64,000 nucleotides of DNA from Laetmonice hystrix (lineage: Eukaryota), in NCBI GenBank assembly GCA_965235115.1, contig OZ249436.1, positions 25,670,001-25,734,000 of the forward strand, given 5' to 3'. Positions 38,888 to 50,381 of the stretch are shown in pieces. The notes beneath the pieces were generated by a model, which saw only the letters and a list, made by a program, of their open reading frames with translations, had not been told where the DNA came from and made no database searches. The translations under genes and the position numbers were made by a program. The first letter of the stretch is position 1; every line of letters begins with the position of its first letter.

Positions 38888-39636
38888 TGGCCGTATGCAA
38901 GAACGTATTTAACCTCGAGGTTAACCCAGTCTGTGGGTTAACTCGTTAACCCGGTATGCAAGAACGTAAAAATTGTCAGGGTTAACTCGTTCTCTGGGTT
39001 AAAGTTAACCCTGCTACCTTAGTAGGGTTAACCCACAGAAACATGGAGGCCGTGAGTGTCGATTGCCTCTGAATACTTGCCTATCACCAAGCCTACGAGT
39101 CATCTACACGTTTCAAGTTCCGTTTCTAACTTGCTGAGATACCGTTCCTACAGCCTGACCCATTTTGCCATCTCTTTGCTGACTAAACAAGAGGCCACAA
39201 TGACGTGAATCGAGACATGTCTGTGACATAGCAGTCCAACGTCACAGTCAGCTTGGGCGATTTATTGTGACGTCACAGTAAAGATCACGTCAGAATTGAC
39301 ATCTCTGTACGTTACCGCAAGATGCCGCTTGACTGTGACTGGCGAGTTTATCCTAAACAGCCAAATGCAGCACCATTTTTATTGCAAGATGGTTGCATTT
39401 GAACTATTTTTTTGTTACTGATTTAAATATGTCAGGTAAAGCAAGTTTCCTTCTATTTTAAAGGTCAAAACCACCATTAGGCTGTATGGAAAATACAGAT
39501 TACGATGGAGTGATACGGAACGAAATTGACTGACTTAACCCGGTGATTTTGAGTTAACCCAGAGACAAGGTTAAACCAAAGTGTGGGTTAAGCCGTTCTC
39601 CGGGTTAACTCTCGCCACTGTTCTTGCATACGGCCA
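38888..39636. mobile_element. 749-bp PIF/Harbinger-like MITE, 3-bp TSD
   Basis: TIR tggccgtatgcaagaac pairs with gttcttgcatacggcca. CTA lies at 38885-38887 and 39637-39639. There are many TTAACCC/GGGTTAA subterminal motifs. The empty site is at ~24221. Confidence 0.85.
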
Positions 39637-40249
39637 CTAGAAATCGTGTATTTGGTCATTAGACATGTGCTGGTATTGACGATTGATCACTTTGCATAAT
39701 TCTTTTCATAAATTTACCAATAATTTTTAATTTATGATAAAATATCTGTAATCTAACTTTGACAGGCTCTACCTGAAACGTGTTTAAGATAGCCACATGC
39801 AAATACAAAAATTACAAAGTCTATAGATTCAGGTATACCACTGGTTCTTTAGTTCTTTTTTTGGAAAGGTAATCTGGCCAGAAATGCAAGTTTTAATGGA
39901 TAACAAAATATTTTTACACTGACGGTTGGCATCTCTCAATATACAGAACGCCCGCTGTGTGGGTTACGTAAGTGCTGGTGATAAGGGCCGGCCGCCCGGC
40001 CGGTCGGTTGACTACTCCCTCCTCCCTCCCAGTCAGGCTGGGGTTGGAGGAATGTGATTGTGTATTCAAAATACACAAAGTGACAATGGACTGGGACGGG
40101 GAAAACCGTGAATGAAGGGATATATAGGGGCACCAATAGAGAGTCTAGGGAAGAAGGAGGAGAGAAAGGATACTATAGTTGACGATGAGGAACAAATAGA
40201 CACTGCCCGCGTGGCCCATATATATTAGATGGGTCAAAGAAGACGTGTG

Positions 40250-41340
40250 TTGAGTTTGAGTTTGAGTTTGAGTTTGGTTATTTCAGGAGCAGGCTTGTTT
40301 GAGATACATTAAGGGATGAGGAAGTTCTAAAATGAACTTATGTACATCCTTATTAAATTACAACATAATATATAACTTAAATGGTGACACAAGCAGAGAT
40401 ACATTAATAAGTAATTAAATGACACATCTATAGGGTATAAATGACAGGGTATACAAGCGGCAATACATTGCTAAATAGATAGATACAAAACTATCACAAT
40501 GGTGTATTATAAGTGATGTGCATTGCTAGAGAAAGATAGAATATATATGTAAAAAATTATAAATAAAACAGGGGTGATGATGATGAGGAAAGGAGATGAG
40601 AATGAATTAACTGGCTTCAAGTTTAACAAACAAGTATTGTTTTGTTTTCCGTTTGAAACAATGGATCGAAATATTAAGGTCAATGTTACCCTCTTTCATA
40701 AAAATATTTTCGGACCTTGGAAAAAGAGAGATCGTTCGAGAATTTGTCCTCCTATTGCCGGTAAAATGTAGTGATCAGACTGCCGAGTGTTTCTGGTATT
40801 TAATTGATATCTTTTATTAATTAAAAAAATTACATAAGACGCCATGTAGGAGCTAAATTATGATGTATTTTAAACAAATAACCGGCAACTGAAAGGTGGT
40901 AAATTTGTTCAAGTGGAAGTATTTTAGCCTCCTTATATAGTGGTAATGAATTAGTTCTTTGTGGTTTATTAAAGACTAGTCTGATGGCTTTCTTTTGAAG
41001 AACAAATAATTTGGAAAGAAGGGTTTTATTTGCCCTACCCCAGACCGTAATACCCGTATGAAAGTATGGGTAAAGAAAAGAGTAATATAACCTTATAAGA
41101 ATATATTGGTCAAGGGTTGATCGAGACTTATGAATTATTCCAATTGATTTTGAGACTTTGTTGCAGATATATTTTATATGGGATTGCCATGTCAAGTTAG
41201 ATTCGATTATATACCCTAAGAATTCAGTTTGCGTTACCTCTTCGATTGGTTGGCCATTTATTTTTAGTGCTAAGCTCTAGTGAGATAATTTACTGAGATG
41301 ACATGGAAAGATAATATAATTCGTTTTTTTCTATATTAAG
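40250..41340 (-). mobile_element. 5'-truncated non-LTR retrotransposon (CR1/L2/Crack-group LINE): ORF2 C-terminus, 3' UTR and (AACTCA)n tail
   Basis: The peptide FLGYIIESNLTWQSHIKYICNKVSKSIGII..LYYSFLYPY..GITVWG..LQKKAIR (ORF 40830-41195 plus its upstream frame) is the typical post-RT region. The (TTGAGT)n tail lies at 40250-40276. Confidence 0.85.
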
Positions 41341-43396
41341 TTATAAGTTATAATCGGTATAGTCTTCACAATAAAATGTTTATCACTCTGGACGGTCGGC
41401 TGTCTGCGTATACAGACCACCGGCTGTGGACAGCCACCCGAGGGCGGTAGCGTTACGTAACTGCTGCTGATAAGGTCCGGGCCGGCCCAGATCTCCTACT
41501 GTGACGCGGCCGCCAGTCAGGATGTGGTTGGAGGAATAGCCTATGTGTATTCCAAACTGACATTACTGAATTAGCTGTGCCTCTAAACTGTAGGTTCTGT
41601 CTAATACATGTTTTTGGATACTTCCCCTTGCCTCATAGTCAGGGTGGGGGTTGGAGGAATATGTGTATTCAGAACTGACATAATTGAATTAACTGTGGTT
41701 TTGAACTGGGGGTGTAGGCTAACTGTCTAATATATATATATGTTTTTGAATCTTACATGGGAGGAGAGCTGAATAACAGAATACTTTGATTGTTGGCTGT
41801 GGAATTAAGGTGACATGCTAAACTTTTGGTCAGTTGCACTTCGTTTCAGCCTGGGTCAAAAGCCTGGTGTGGATGACATTCACACTCATTGGACTTGTGT
41901 GACACTGACATGGCAGGGCGCTTTTTGATAGGCCCCCTAGGCCTATCCGTGTCAATTGTTCATGATGCCGATAATTTTGCATAAATTTACCAATATGTTT
42001 TTATTTATGATGAAATTTGTAATTCAGGATTCAGGTATACCACTGATTGTTTAGTTCTTTTCTTGGATAGGTAATGTGGCCAGAATTGTAAGTTTTAATG
42101 GGTATAGTCTCCACAATAATATTTTTACCCTCTGACGGTTAGCATCTCTGAATACACAAACCGCAAGTGAGGCCGGCCTTTGAACTGTAGGGGTAACTGT
42201 CTAATGCATTTGTTTTTTAATCTTACATAGGAGAGCTGGAAAAAAAACCAATACAATTGATTGTTGGCTGTGGAATTCAAGTGACACGACAAACTTTTGG
42301 TCAGCTGCACTTGGTTTCAGCCTGAGCCAACAGTCTAGTGTGGATGACATTCGTATTTCTACCATAAGTGAGACTCCTCCCTGGGCCTCAAATATTATTA
42401 GGGAGCGTGCTATGAGGCTGATAACATATCATTTGGTATTTTATCCATTTAACCTGTTGTGGGGTATGCACCACTGAACAAGCGCATATAACACATCATG
42501 ACATGGCAGCCGGGCGGTATACTAGCTGTTAATCATAGAAGCCGGGCAGAGCATGGCCAGCTAATTAGCCATGGGCAACGCGCCAATGATGGCCCGCCCG
42601 CCAGTGACCATTGTCCATCCTTATAGACTCGGAGAAAACCGTGAAGGAAGGGATTATATAGGGGCACCAATACTCGTTGGTCTAGGGAAGAAGGAGGAGA
42701 GAAAGGATAGTATGATTGACGATGAGGAAGATAAAGGCATTGACCGTGTGGTGCATATATTAGATAGGTCGAAGAAGACATGTGTTCTTCAGGAATAATT
42801 GTTTCAAAACTCAAGAAACGACTCTACTAACTTATTCTCCCAACTACCAAAAACAAAATAAGAACTGAATATAGCTGTAGGAAAGAAAAAATAGCTATAG
42901 GAAAGAAAAAAATAATTGCCGGACGGCGTGGGCACATCCCTCTATATATCCCCACTCTTTCTTTTTGAAGAATTGACAAAAATTATTGTTAGGCTAACTC
43001 AAAACACAGCCACGGGCCCAGGATTTTAGCAGAGGGGTCTCGGAAATCGAAATGAAAATGAAAATTGATGTTGATAGATCACTAATATTATTGAAACAGC
43101 TGTAACTCGGAAAGGGGGCCAGGTAGAGCTATGGTTACTATTGAAGCCATAATAGGAATGTTCTTTCAAAAGATACCAAAATCTATGATGTAGGGTGACG
43201 TGTTACATGACAATGACGTCATTGATAGATGACCAATAATAATTATTGAGGTCATATAGGAAGTAATAATATATGCTCTTTCGATCTACGGGCCTATCGA
43301 TGACGTGGAGGTAGTCTAACATGATAATGGATCTATGATTTTCATTGCCAGGGGATGGGATACAAGATGTTGGCCCAAGCCACATCGGCGCTAGTT

Positions 43397-44268
43397 ATTC
43401 CCGTAGGGTGTAGTAGTAGTAGTTAACTTTTTCTCTTTTTAGCATCATATCTCGCTCATTTTTCAAGATATCAATACGACACTTGGTAGGCATATTAAGG
43501 ACACCAGAGAGAAATGCTAGTTTGAAGCGTGACGTCATATGACGTTATGACGTAAATTATCTTTTGTACATTGAGGCCCATTTTCTCAGCTCATATCGGG
43601 AATTTCAAAAATACCTCCTACCACTATAATCAGGCAAGAGTGTTGCCTAAATAGGACCCTTAATTTGACCTTTGACCTAAGGGAGAACTGGGTCAAACGT
43701 CACAAATCGGTTAAATCGTAACTCCTTTCCCATTTTGGGGCAAAGTTTGACAATTTAGGGTAAAAACATTCTCCAATGAAAGCTTCACAAAATAGAGCAG
43801 AGGATAAGCAATTTGACCCATTTTCACTGAACCACGTGACCTTGAAGTTTTGAATGTGGGCCATTTCGGAGAGTAATCGCTGTAACGTTTGAAAGACTTA
43901 AGACAGAGGCATACTTGTTCATGAATCTGATACATCTTGGTGGCCTCTTTAATTAGGTATCATAATTTTCGTGTCACGTGACTTCGTACGTCAGCTATAA
44001 CGTCATTTGTGTAATTTGCACTAGGGACGGAACGGTAAGCTCACACCCTTTAATATTTATAGGGTAGGGACTTCAAAGTGTCTGCTCTTTTATATTATAA
44101 ATTTCAATAAGCACAATTTATAATTAACAAGACAGCAGTTCAGTATATACCAAAATAGTGAGGACAGGCGATGAATTTCACGATTAATGGATGACCTACT
44201 TAGTGACATGTTCCCTCTCTTATGTGGGTCAGTCCTGCGTGGACACGGTCGCTATGGTAGACTAAAAG
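43397..44268 (+). mobile_element. HINE-A unit U8 (headless, U2-type, 3'-truncated at the inversion junction)
   Basis: Matches ~10634-11521, then breaks at tagactaaaag. Confidence 0.75.
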
Positions 44269-46002
44269 ATTTTTACATAATAGATTTTGGTATCTTTTGA
44301 AAGGACATGTTCCTATTATAGCTTCAATAGTAACCATAGCTCTACCGGGCCCCCTTTCAGAGTTATAGCTGTTTCAATAATATTGGTGATCTATCAACAT
44401 CGATTTTCATTTTCATTTCGATTTTGGAGACCCCTCTGCCGAAAATCCTGGGCCCGTGGCTGTATTTTGAGTTAGCCTAACAATAATTTTTGTCAATTCT
44501 TCAAAAAGAAAGAGTGGGGATTATAGAGGGACGTGCCCACGCCAGGCGGCGCCAGGCAGGCCCTTCAGTGCTAGCGCAAGACTACCGCCCGACAATCAAA
44601 TTTTTCTTTCCTATAGCTATTTCTTCTTTCCTACAGCTATATTCTCACTGTGATCTCACCATTTGATCTCTCACTGTGAGATCATTTTGATATCTCTCTG
44701 ACATAAAACAGTACCAATATATTAGGCTTTCGCCCACGCCGGGCGGCGCCGGGGGATCCTTCGGTGCTAGCACAAGACTACCGCCTGGCAATCAATTTTT
44801 TCTTTCCTATAACTATTTTTCTTTCCTACAGCTATACTCAGTTCACATTTGTTTTTGGTAGTTGGGAGAATAAGTTAGTAGAGTCGTTTCTTGAGTTTTG
44901 AAACAATAATTCCTGAGGCACACATGTCTTTTTCGACCCATCTAATATGCATGTATCATGCGGTCAATGTCTATATGTTCCTCATCGTCAACTATAGTAT
45001 CCTTTCTCTCCTCCTTCTTCCCTAGACTCTCTATTGGTGCCCCTATATATCCCCTCCTTCACGGTTTCCCCGTCCCAGTCTATAAGGATGGACAATGGTC
45101 ACTGGCGGGCGGGCCGTCATTGGCGCGTTGCCCACGGCCAATTATCTGGCCATCCTCTGACCGGCTTCTATGATTAACAGCTATACTGCCCCGGCTGGCA
45201 TGTTATGATGTGTTATATGCGCTTGTTCAGTGGTGCATAGTGGTCGAAGTCGAGACAAACATACAATAGATAGTATACCACAAGAAACCTAAATCTCTGC
45301 ATACCCTACAACAGGTTAAATGGATAAAATACCAAATGATATCTTATCGCCCTCATAGCATGCTCCCTAATAATATTTGAGGCCCAGGGAGGAGTCTCAC
45401 TTATGGCAGATCCGCAGGATACTGCAAGGACAATAGATGCGAATGTCATCCACACTAGACTGTTGGCTCAGGCTGAAACCAAGTGCAGCTGACCAAAAGT
45501 TTGTCGTGTCACTTGAACTCCACAGCCAACAATCAATTGTATTAGCAGCAGTTACGTAACGCTGCCAACACCGGGCAGGGAGAGGCGGCCGGCCATGCCC
45601 AGCAGCGGGTGGTTTGTGTATTCAGAGATGCCACTAAACAATCAGTGGTATACCTGAATCTATAGACTTTGTAATTGTGTATTTGTATGTGGCTATTTTA
45701 AACACGTTTCAAGGTAGAGCCTGTCAAAAGTCAGATTACATCATAAATATTACAATTATACGAGACTTACCTTGGTAAAGGTTGAAGTAGAATTAGGATT
45801 TTACCGAGGACAACACATAGTGTTGTAGGGAATAGATGAGAAGGTGAGCGCCGGTAGCTCGACACGTCAGACTTTAGCGGGAGCGATAAGGAAGCCTTAT
45901 TCCTAACCCTAACAGTTACTCAAGAACTTAATCCTATTGAGACATGTGTATCAATTTACCTTTAAACCTCCGCCAGTGTTTAAATAGGGCGGGAAGGGTG
46001 GG

Positions 46003-46136
46003 CATCTATTCCCTACAACACTATGTGTTGTCCTCGGTAAAATCCTAATTCTACTTCAACCTTTACCAAGGTAAGTCTCGTATAATTGTAATATTTTCCC
46101 GAGGACAACACTACGTGTTTCCGGAAATAGATGAGA
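46003..46136. repeat. DIRS internal complementary region (ICR)
   Basis: 46003-46096 is the reverse complement of 45745-45838, and 46093-46136 is the reverse complement of ~50834-50877. Confidence 0.92.
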
Positions 46137-46220
46137 TGTTTAGAGCAGACCGGTAAGGTCAAAGGCTTCCTTCATCGCTCAATAAATAACAAACTCCTTC
46201 AATTCATTTTATTATTTTAT

Positions 46221-47333
46221 TTAGACCATGCCCAACACTGCTTCCGCTACTGAGCCAGAGTCTTTATCTAAATCCTTATTATAATAAGTTGCGAAGGATT
46301 GTGCATTTTTCCATCCTGCCTGTTTAAGGATCTGGTTAACCGAGACCCCCATCCTATTAGCTGCCGAAGCAGAGGCTCCCCTGGTGGAATGACTTTTGTA
46401 TTTAGACGTATCAATCCCAGCCTGGGTGAAAACTTGTAGTGTCCATCTGGCCAACGTATCTCTCGAGATCGGTTTGTGAGGTGGCCGAAAACTTAACAAT
46501 AAATGCGTTTCTCCCTTTCTCAGTTTTTCTGTCCTTTGCACATACTCTTTCAATGTTCTCACGACACATAATCTGCGACATTTGCCATACGGCCTTAATA
46601 ATAAGGAATCTAGTGGATCCCCCAGTCTGTTGTGTTTTAGCAAAGTTTTCATTTTAAACACAACCACATCAGCTATATCCATATTTCCCAGATCCAAGTT
46701 CACTATGGTTTGCCCTCTCTGTGACGTTACCAGTAATAACAACACAGTCAGTTTATGTGTCAACAACTTTAAAGATAATGTCGAACTATGTCCCCAACTC
46801 TTGAAAAGCCTTAAGACTTTATCCACGTCCCAAAAGGCTGAATATTTTGCGGACGGTGGATTCCTCTCATAAACTCCTTTCAATAACCTACAAACCAGCG
46901 GATGCTTTCCCAGCTGATATCCTTCATACTGTGGTAATATTATAGATAACGCCGATCGTGCCGTATTGATGGCCCCATAGCCGAGGCCCTGCTCAGACAA
47001 CAGCACAAAAAACTTACATACCTCCTGTAGTGTTGGTTCTAATAATCTTATTTTTCGTTCTACACAGAACGTCGCCCACTTCTTCAAATAGGTAGTATAC
47101 ACCTTTTTTGTACTAGGTCTCCAAAAGTCCAAAACTAGTTTAACTGTCTTTAAATCAAACCCTTTCTTCATAAGGTGTTTGGCCAAAAAAGGAAGGCCAC
47201 CAACGGGCACTTGCTCATGAAGTCTACGTTGTTTGGGTTTCCTCGAGGTATGAGATTCCCCTTCCGAGTCCTGAAGAGTAGCCTCCTTTTTGCTACCTTT
47301 GACACAGTGGCATACCAGGCCTGTGACGGCCAC
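46221..47333 (-). CDS. DIRS tyrosine recombinase (likely true start ATG at 47171)
   Basis: SAM-like N-domain WRPSTKKVYTTYLKKW. Catalytic R (SQRG), H-x-x-R (SHSTR), W (AGW) and Y (FATYY). Confidence 0.93.
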   Translation of the reverse strand: MAVTGLVCHCVKGSKKEATLQDSEGESHTSRKPKQRRLHEQVPVGGLPFLAKHLMKKGFDLKTVKLVLDFWRPSTKKVYTTYLKKWATFCVERKIRLLEPTLQEVCKFFVLLSEQGLGYGAINTARSALSIILPQYEGYQLGKHPLVCRLLKGVYERNPPSAKYSAFWDVDKVLRLFKSWGHSSTLSLKLLTHKLTVLLLLVTSQRGQTIVNLDLGNMDIADVVVFKMKTLLKHNRLGDPLDSLLLRPYGKCRRLCVVRTLKEYVQRTEKLRKGETHLLLSFRPPHKPISRDTLARWTLQVFTQAGIDTSKYKSHSTRGASASAANRMGVSVNQILKQAGWKNAQSFATYYNKDLDKDSGSVAEAVLGMV

Positions 47334-49132
47334 AACGGGGCCACCAGTATTGCCCTGCTGTTTTCCATCCGGAGTTTGCTGACTACTCTCCCCATCAAAC
47401 TGAAAGGAGGAAAAACATACAAGAAGTTATGACTCCAATCCAGCGAAAAAGCATCAAATTTCCATGCTCCTGGATCTGGTCTTAAAGACACGTATTTTGG
47501 TATCTTTTTATTTAACCTGGACGCCAAGAGGTCCACGTCAGGCATACCGAAAATCCTACATATCTTTTTGAAAATTGCATCATTCAATTCCCATTCAGAC
47601 TCGTCATTAAACTTCCTTGAATTCAAGTCAGCTCGAACATTACTTACTCCAGGAATGTGTGTGATCGTAATCCAGTTTTCCTGAGCCTCAGCCCAGTCCC
47701 AAATATTCTGAGCTACCTGATTACATTGCTCAGATTTCACTCCTCCCATATTCTTAACATAAGCTAACGCTGTCGTACTGTCAGTCATAACCTTTATATG
47801 TATTCCTGGTTCTCGACATAGACTTTGAAGGCCAAAAAAGATTCCAGTCAATTCCAATACATTGATATGTTTAGTCTGTTCAAATGGAAACCATCTGCCT
47901 CCAGTTTTTAGGGGGCCTCTAAGAGCCCCCCAGCCAAGCTCAGACGCATCCGTTTCGATCTCTACATGTGGAGCTGGGAATCTTATTTTCCTGACTGTCG
48001 ACAAATGACGCAGCCACCACGTTATATCTTGTTTAGCCCTTTCTGACACTACCATAAGTCCATCAAAATCTCCTCTATTCTCTGCCAACGCCTTATTCTT
48101 GTCTATCTCTAACCACTTAATGTGAGCTCCCCCATATTGAACAGCTGGGGCATAAGCTACCATTAAACCAATTAAACCCGAAACCTCTCGGATACTAAGT
48201 TTATCTTTGTCCAGAACTTCTGTGGCAGCACGTGCAAATTTTTCTCTTATTTCTGATGTAAGTGAGACTGTCATATCTACAGAATTCAATTGAAAACCTA
48301 AAAACACGATGTCTTGTCTCGGTTCAAAAACGGACTTCCGAGGGTGAATATGAAACCCTAGATCCTGTAACATCTCACATAATTCCTTAATTGATCCACT
48401 ACATTCATCAAAAGAATCTGCTACAACAAAAGAATCATCTATGTACGGAAAACATTCATGTCCGTTTTCCCGTAAAACCGAGAAAGGTGGCACTAACAAT
48501 TTTGTGAATAGTCTGGGTGCACAAGACAACCCGTTTGGCATACCCACATATTCATACAAGTCCCCTTCAAAACAAAAGCGTAAAAATTTTCTGTGCTTTT
48601 CTTTTACGAGTACGCTGTAATAAGCATGAGTCAGATCAACTGACCCCATCCAGACTCCCGGTCTCATTAAGTCCAAAGCAGCCTGAAGCGAAGTCATTTT
48701 AAAATGTTCGTACTGAACAAACGTATTTAATAAGGTCAAGTCCAGAATTACCCTGTGCCCTACCGGTTTGGGTCTAAGGAACACGTTAGAAATAAACTGA
48801 CCCGGTTCTGGTACTGCTGACTGTATGACACCCAAGTCTAGTAATGTCTTAAGCTCCTCTCTCATAAAAACCATTTCCTCTGCCCTTAACCTGTAAGGAG
48901 GAGGTACTTTAACTTGCAGAGGTTCTCCATCCTTAAATGGTATAGTCAATCCTTGAACTACATCTATTATCCAGGGATCACTTGTCAAGCGCCCCCGCAG
49001 CTGCTGAAGCCTGTGGTCTTGGCCGAGCTCCATCACTATTCCTGTACCCCTTAAATGGTAGCCCTCTACGTCCGTGCCTATAATTGTCATATGGAGTGTA
49101 ACCCAACTGGGGACGATAACCTCCATATCCAT
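47168..49132 (-). CDS. pol: DIRS reverse transcriptase - RNase H - DNA N6-adenine methyltransferase-like ORF
   Basis: RT motifs VDLTHAYY, MPNGLSCAPRLFTK and YIDD. RNase H motifs ETDAS, INVLEL and TDS. MTase-like motifs DLLAS..N, DAF..W and YVFPPF. Confidence 0.95.
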   Translation of the reverse strand: MDMEVIVPSWVTLHMTIIGTDVEGYHLRGTGIVMELGQDHRLQQLRGRLTSDPWIIDVVQGLTIPFKDGEPLQVKVPPPYRLRAEEMVFMREELKTLLDLGVIQSAVPEPGQFISNVFLRPKPVGHRVILDLTLLNTFVQYEHFKMTSLQAALDLMRPGVWMGSVDLTHAYYSVLVKEKHRKFLRFCFEGDLYEYVGMPNGLSCAPRLFTKLLVPPFSVLRENGHECFPYIDDSFVVADSFDECSGSIKELCEMLQDLGFHIHPRKSVFEPRQDIVFLGFQLNSVDMTVSLTSEIREKFARAATEVLDKDKLSIREVSGLIGLMVAYAPAVQYGGAHIKWLEIDKNKALAENRGDFDGLMVVSERAKQDITWWLRHLSTVRKIRFPAPHVEIETDASELGWGALRGPLKTGGRWFPFEQTKHINVLELTGIFFGLQSLCREPGIHIKVMTDSTTALAYVKNMGGVKSEQCNQVAQNIWDWAEAQENWITITHIPGVSNVRADLNSRKFNDESEWELNDAIFKKICRIFGMPDVDLLASRLNKKIPKYVSLRPDPGAWKFDAFSLDWSHNFLYVFPPFSLMGRVVSKLRMENSRAILVAPLWPSQAWYATVSKVAKRRLLFRTRKGNLIPRGNPNNVDFMSKCPLVAFLFWPNTL

Positions 49133-50381
49133 ATGGATAATGGTATGGCGTCATCCTGTACGGTGGCATTCCTGTTCTGCCTTTCTTCCCTCTCATCTGG
49201 AATTGCTTGCCAACCTTTTGTCGTTGTCCCTTCATAATCTTTTCTGACAGATTTTGAGTTGTTTCACATTGCTTTGCTGACTCCGACACATTTCCCCCAA
49301 ACAGCCAGCTAGGGGAACCACCTTTAATTTTAGGTAGAGACTTTGCATAAATGCTTTGCATCCCTGATTTGATGCTGTCCTTCCTTTTAGCTTTAATTCC
49401 ATTACTCACTAGAGCCATTGCTTTCATTGAATCCAAAGCATTCCCTGCCAGTTTGTCCAGTTCAGAATCGGACTGCCCCCTGGCCAACATCAATGACGCT
49501 ATAGGTGCAAAAGCGGCGATTGACGCCACTACCTCTTTTTGCATCTGTTTTAAACCTGCATCAACGATCTTTGTCGCCGCATCCATTCCGGCAAACACTT
49601 CCTCATCCACCCGTGGCACTACCAAGTGAGGGACATTTCCAGGTGGGGGATATTCCTCCATGATGCGGTCGATTTCCGAGGAAATAGGCGCCGGGTCTTC
49701 GAAAAAACATTCAATCTGTTCCGCCAAACTGGCATGAATATCTTCTCCTTTCCTATCTGCCTCCGTCCATTTATCCTTATTTTGCTTTAAAAGTCTCACC
49801 AACTTCCCCTCCGCCACCGTAACTGGATCATGAGGCTGAACACTAGCAGCCTGAGTTGCCCCCTGAACATCTGTAGACGAATCCTGTCTCACCAACATAG
49901 GCGGTTGTCCACCCTCCTCGTCCTCAGATATGTCAGAGTACCCCGTACTCGGGGGTCGGCTACTCGATCTGGAGTCTATTGTACTCCAATCCTCCCATTC
50001 GGGGAAATACCCCGCTATATGTGGTTGAGGGGCAAATGGATAACCATATGGCATGTATGGCGGAAACATGGGAGGTAACGTGCAGTGTTGTCCCATAACG
50101 TCGGCGCGTTGGGTAGGTCTAGGTGCCGTCTCAACCTTCCTGGTCATCGGTGCCTGGTCAACACGCTGCACCGTCACGGGTAACTGGTCACCCTGCTGTA
50201 CCGAATGCTCATACCGTTGCGAATCGACACCTTCCATATCCACTGCCTGTGGTATGGACACGGTCTCTTCCACTGCAGTACACGCAGTCTTTTTTGTTTT
50301 TGGCTTATTTGCGGCTTTTATTTCACTTTTCGATAGGGCTTCTGCAGTTCCCCTCGTTTTTCGTGTCTCTTTATCCGACAT
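48978..50381 (-). CDS. gag: DIRS gag-like ORF1
   Basis: First ORF of the element, 467 aa, overlapping RT. It contains YPPPGNVPHLVVPRVD and WLFGG motifs and a Y/G/R-rich C-terminus. Confidence 0.8.
   Translation of the reverse strand: MSDKETRKTRGTAEALSKSEIKAANKPKTKKTACTAVEETVSIPQAVDMEGVDSQRYEHSVQQGDQLPVTVQRVDQAPMTRKVETAPRPTQRADVMGQHCTLPPMFPPYMPYGYPFAPQPHIAGYFPEWEDWSTIDSRSSSRPPSTGYSDISEDEEGGQPPMLVRQDSSTDVQGATQAASVQPHDPVTVAEGKLVRLLKQNKDKWTEADRKGEDIHASLAEQIECFFEDPAPISSEIDRIMEEYPPPGNVPHLVVPRVDEEVFAGMDAATKIVDAGLKQMQKEVVASIAAFAPIASLMLARGQSDSELDKLAGNALDSMKAMALVSNGIKAKRKDSIKSGMQSIYAKSLPKIKGGSPSWLFGGNVSESAKQCETTQNLSEKIMKGQRQKVGKQFQMRGKKGRTGMPPYRMTPYHYPYGYGGYRPQLGYTPYDNYRHGRRGLPFKGYRNSDGARPRPQASAAAGALDK

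Larger units (their letters stand above)
38307..43396 (+). mobile_element. HINE-A unit U7 with MITE and LINE insertions
   Basis: Head at 38307 followed by (GTA)n. The body is similar to U4. The variant 3' end has CTAG at 43391-43394. Confidence 0.75.

Noticed and set aside
418..44268. Autonomous Helitron/Helentron Rep-helicase gene
   Set aside because: No long ORF or HUH/PIF1 motifs were found. All copies here are non-autonomous.
47168..47560. Methyltransferase-like domain as a horizontally acquired bacterial/phage gene or contamination
   Set aside because: It is the known C-terminal MT domain of DIRS1 pol, in frame with RT-RH.
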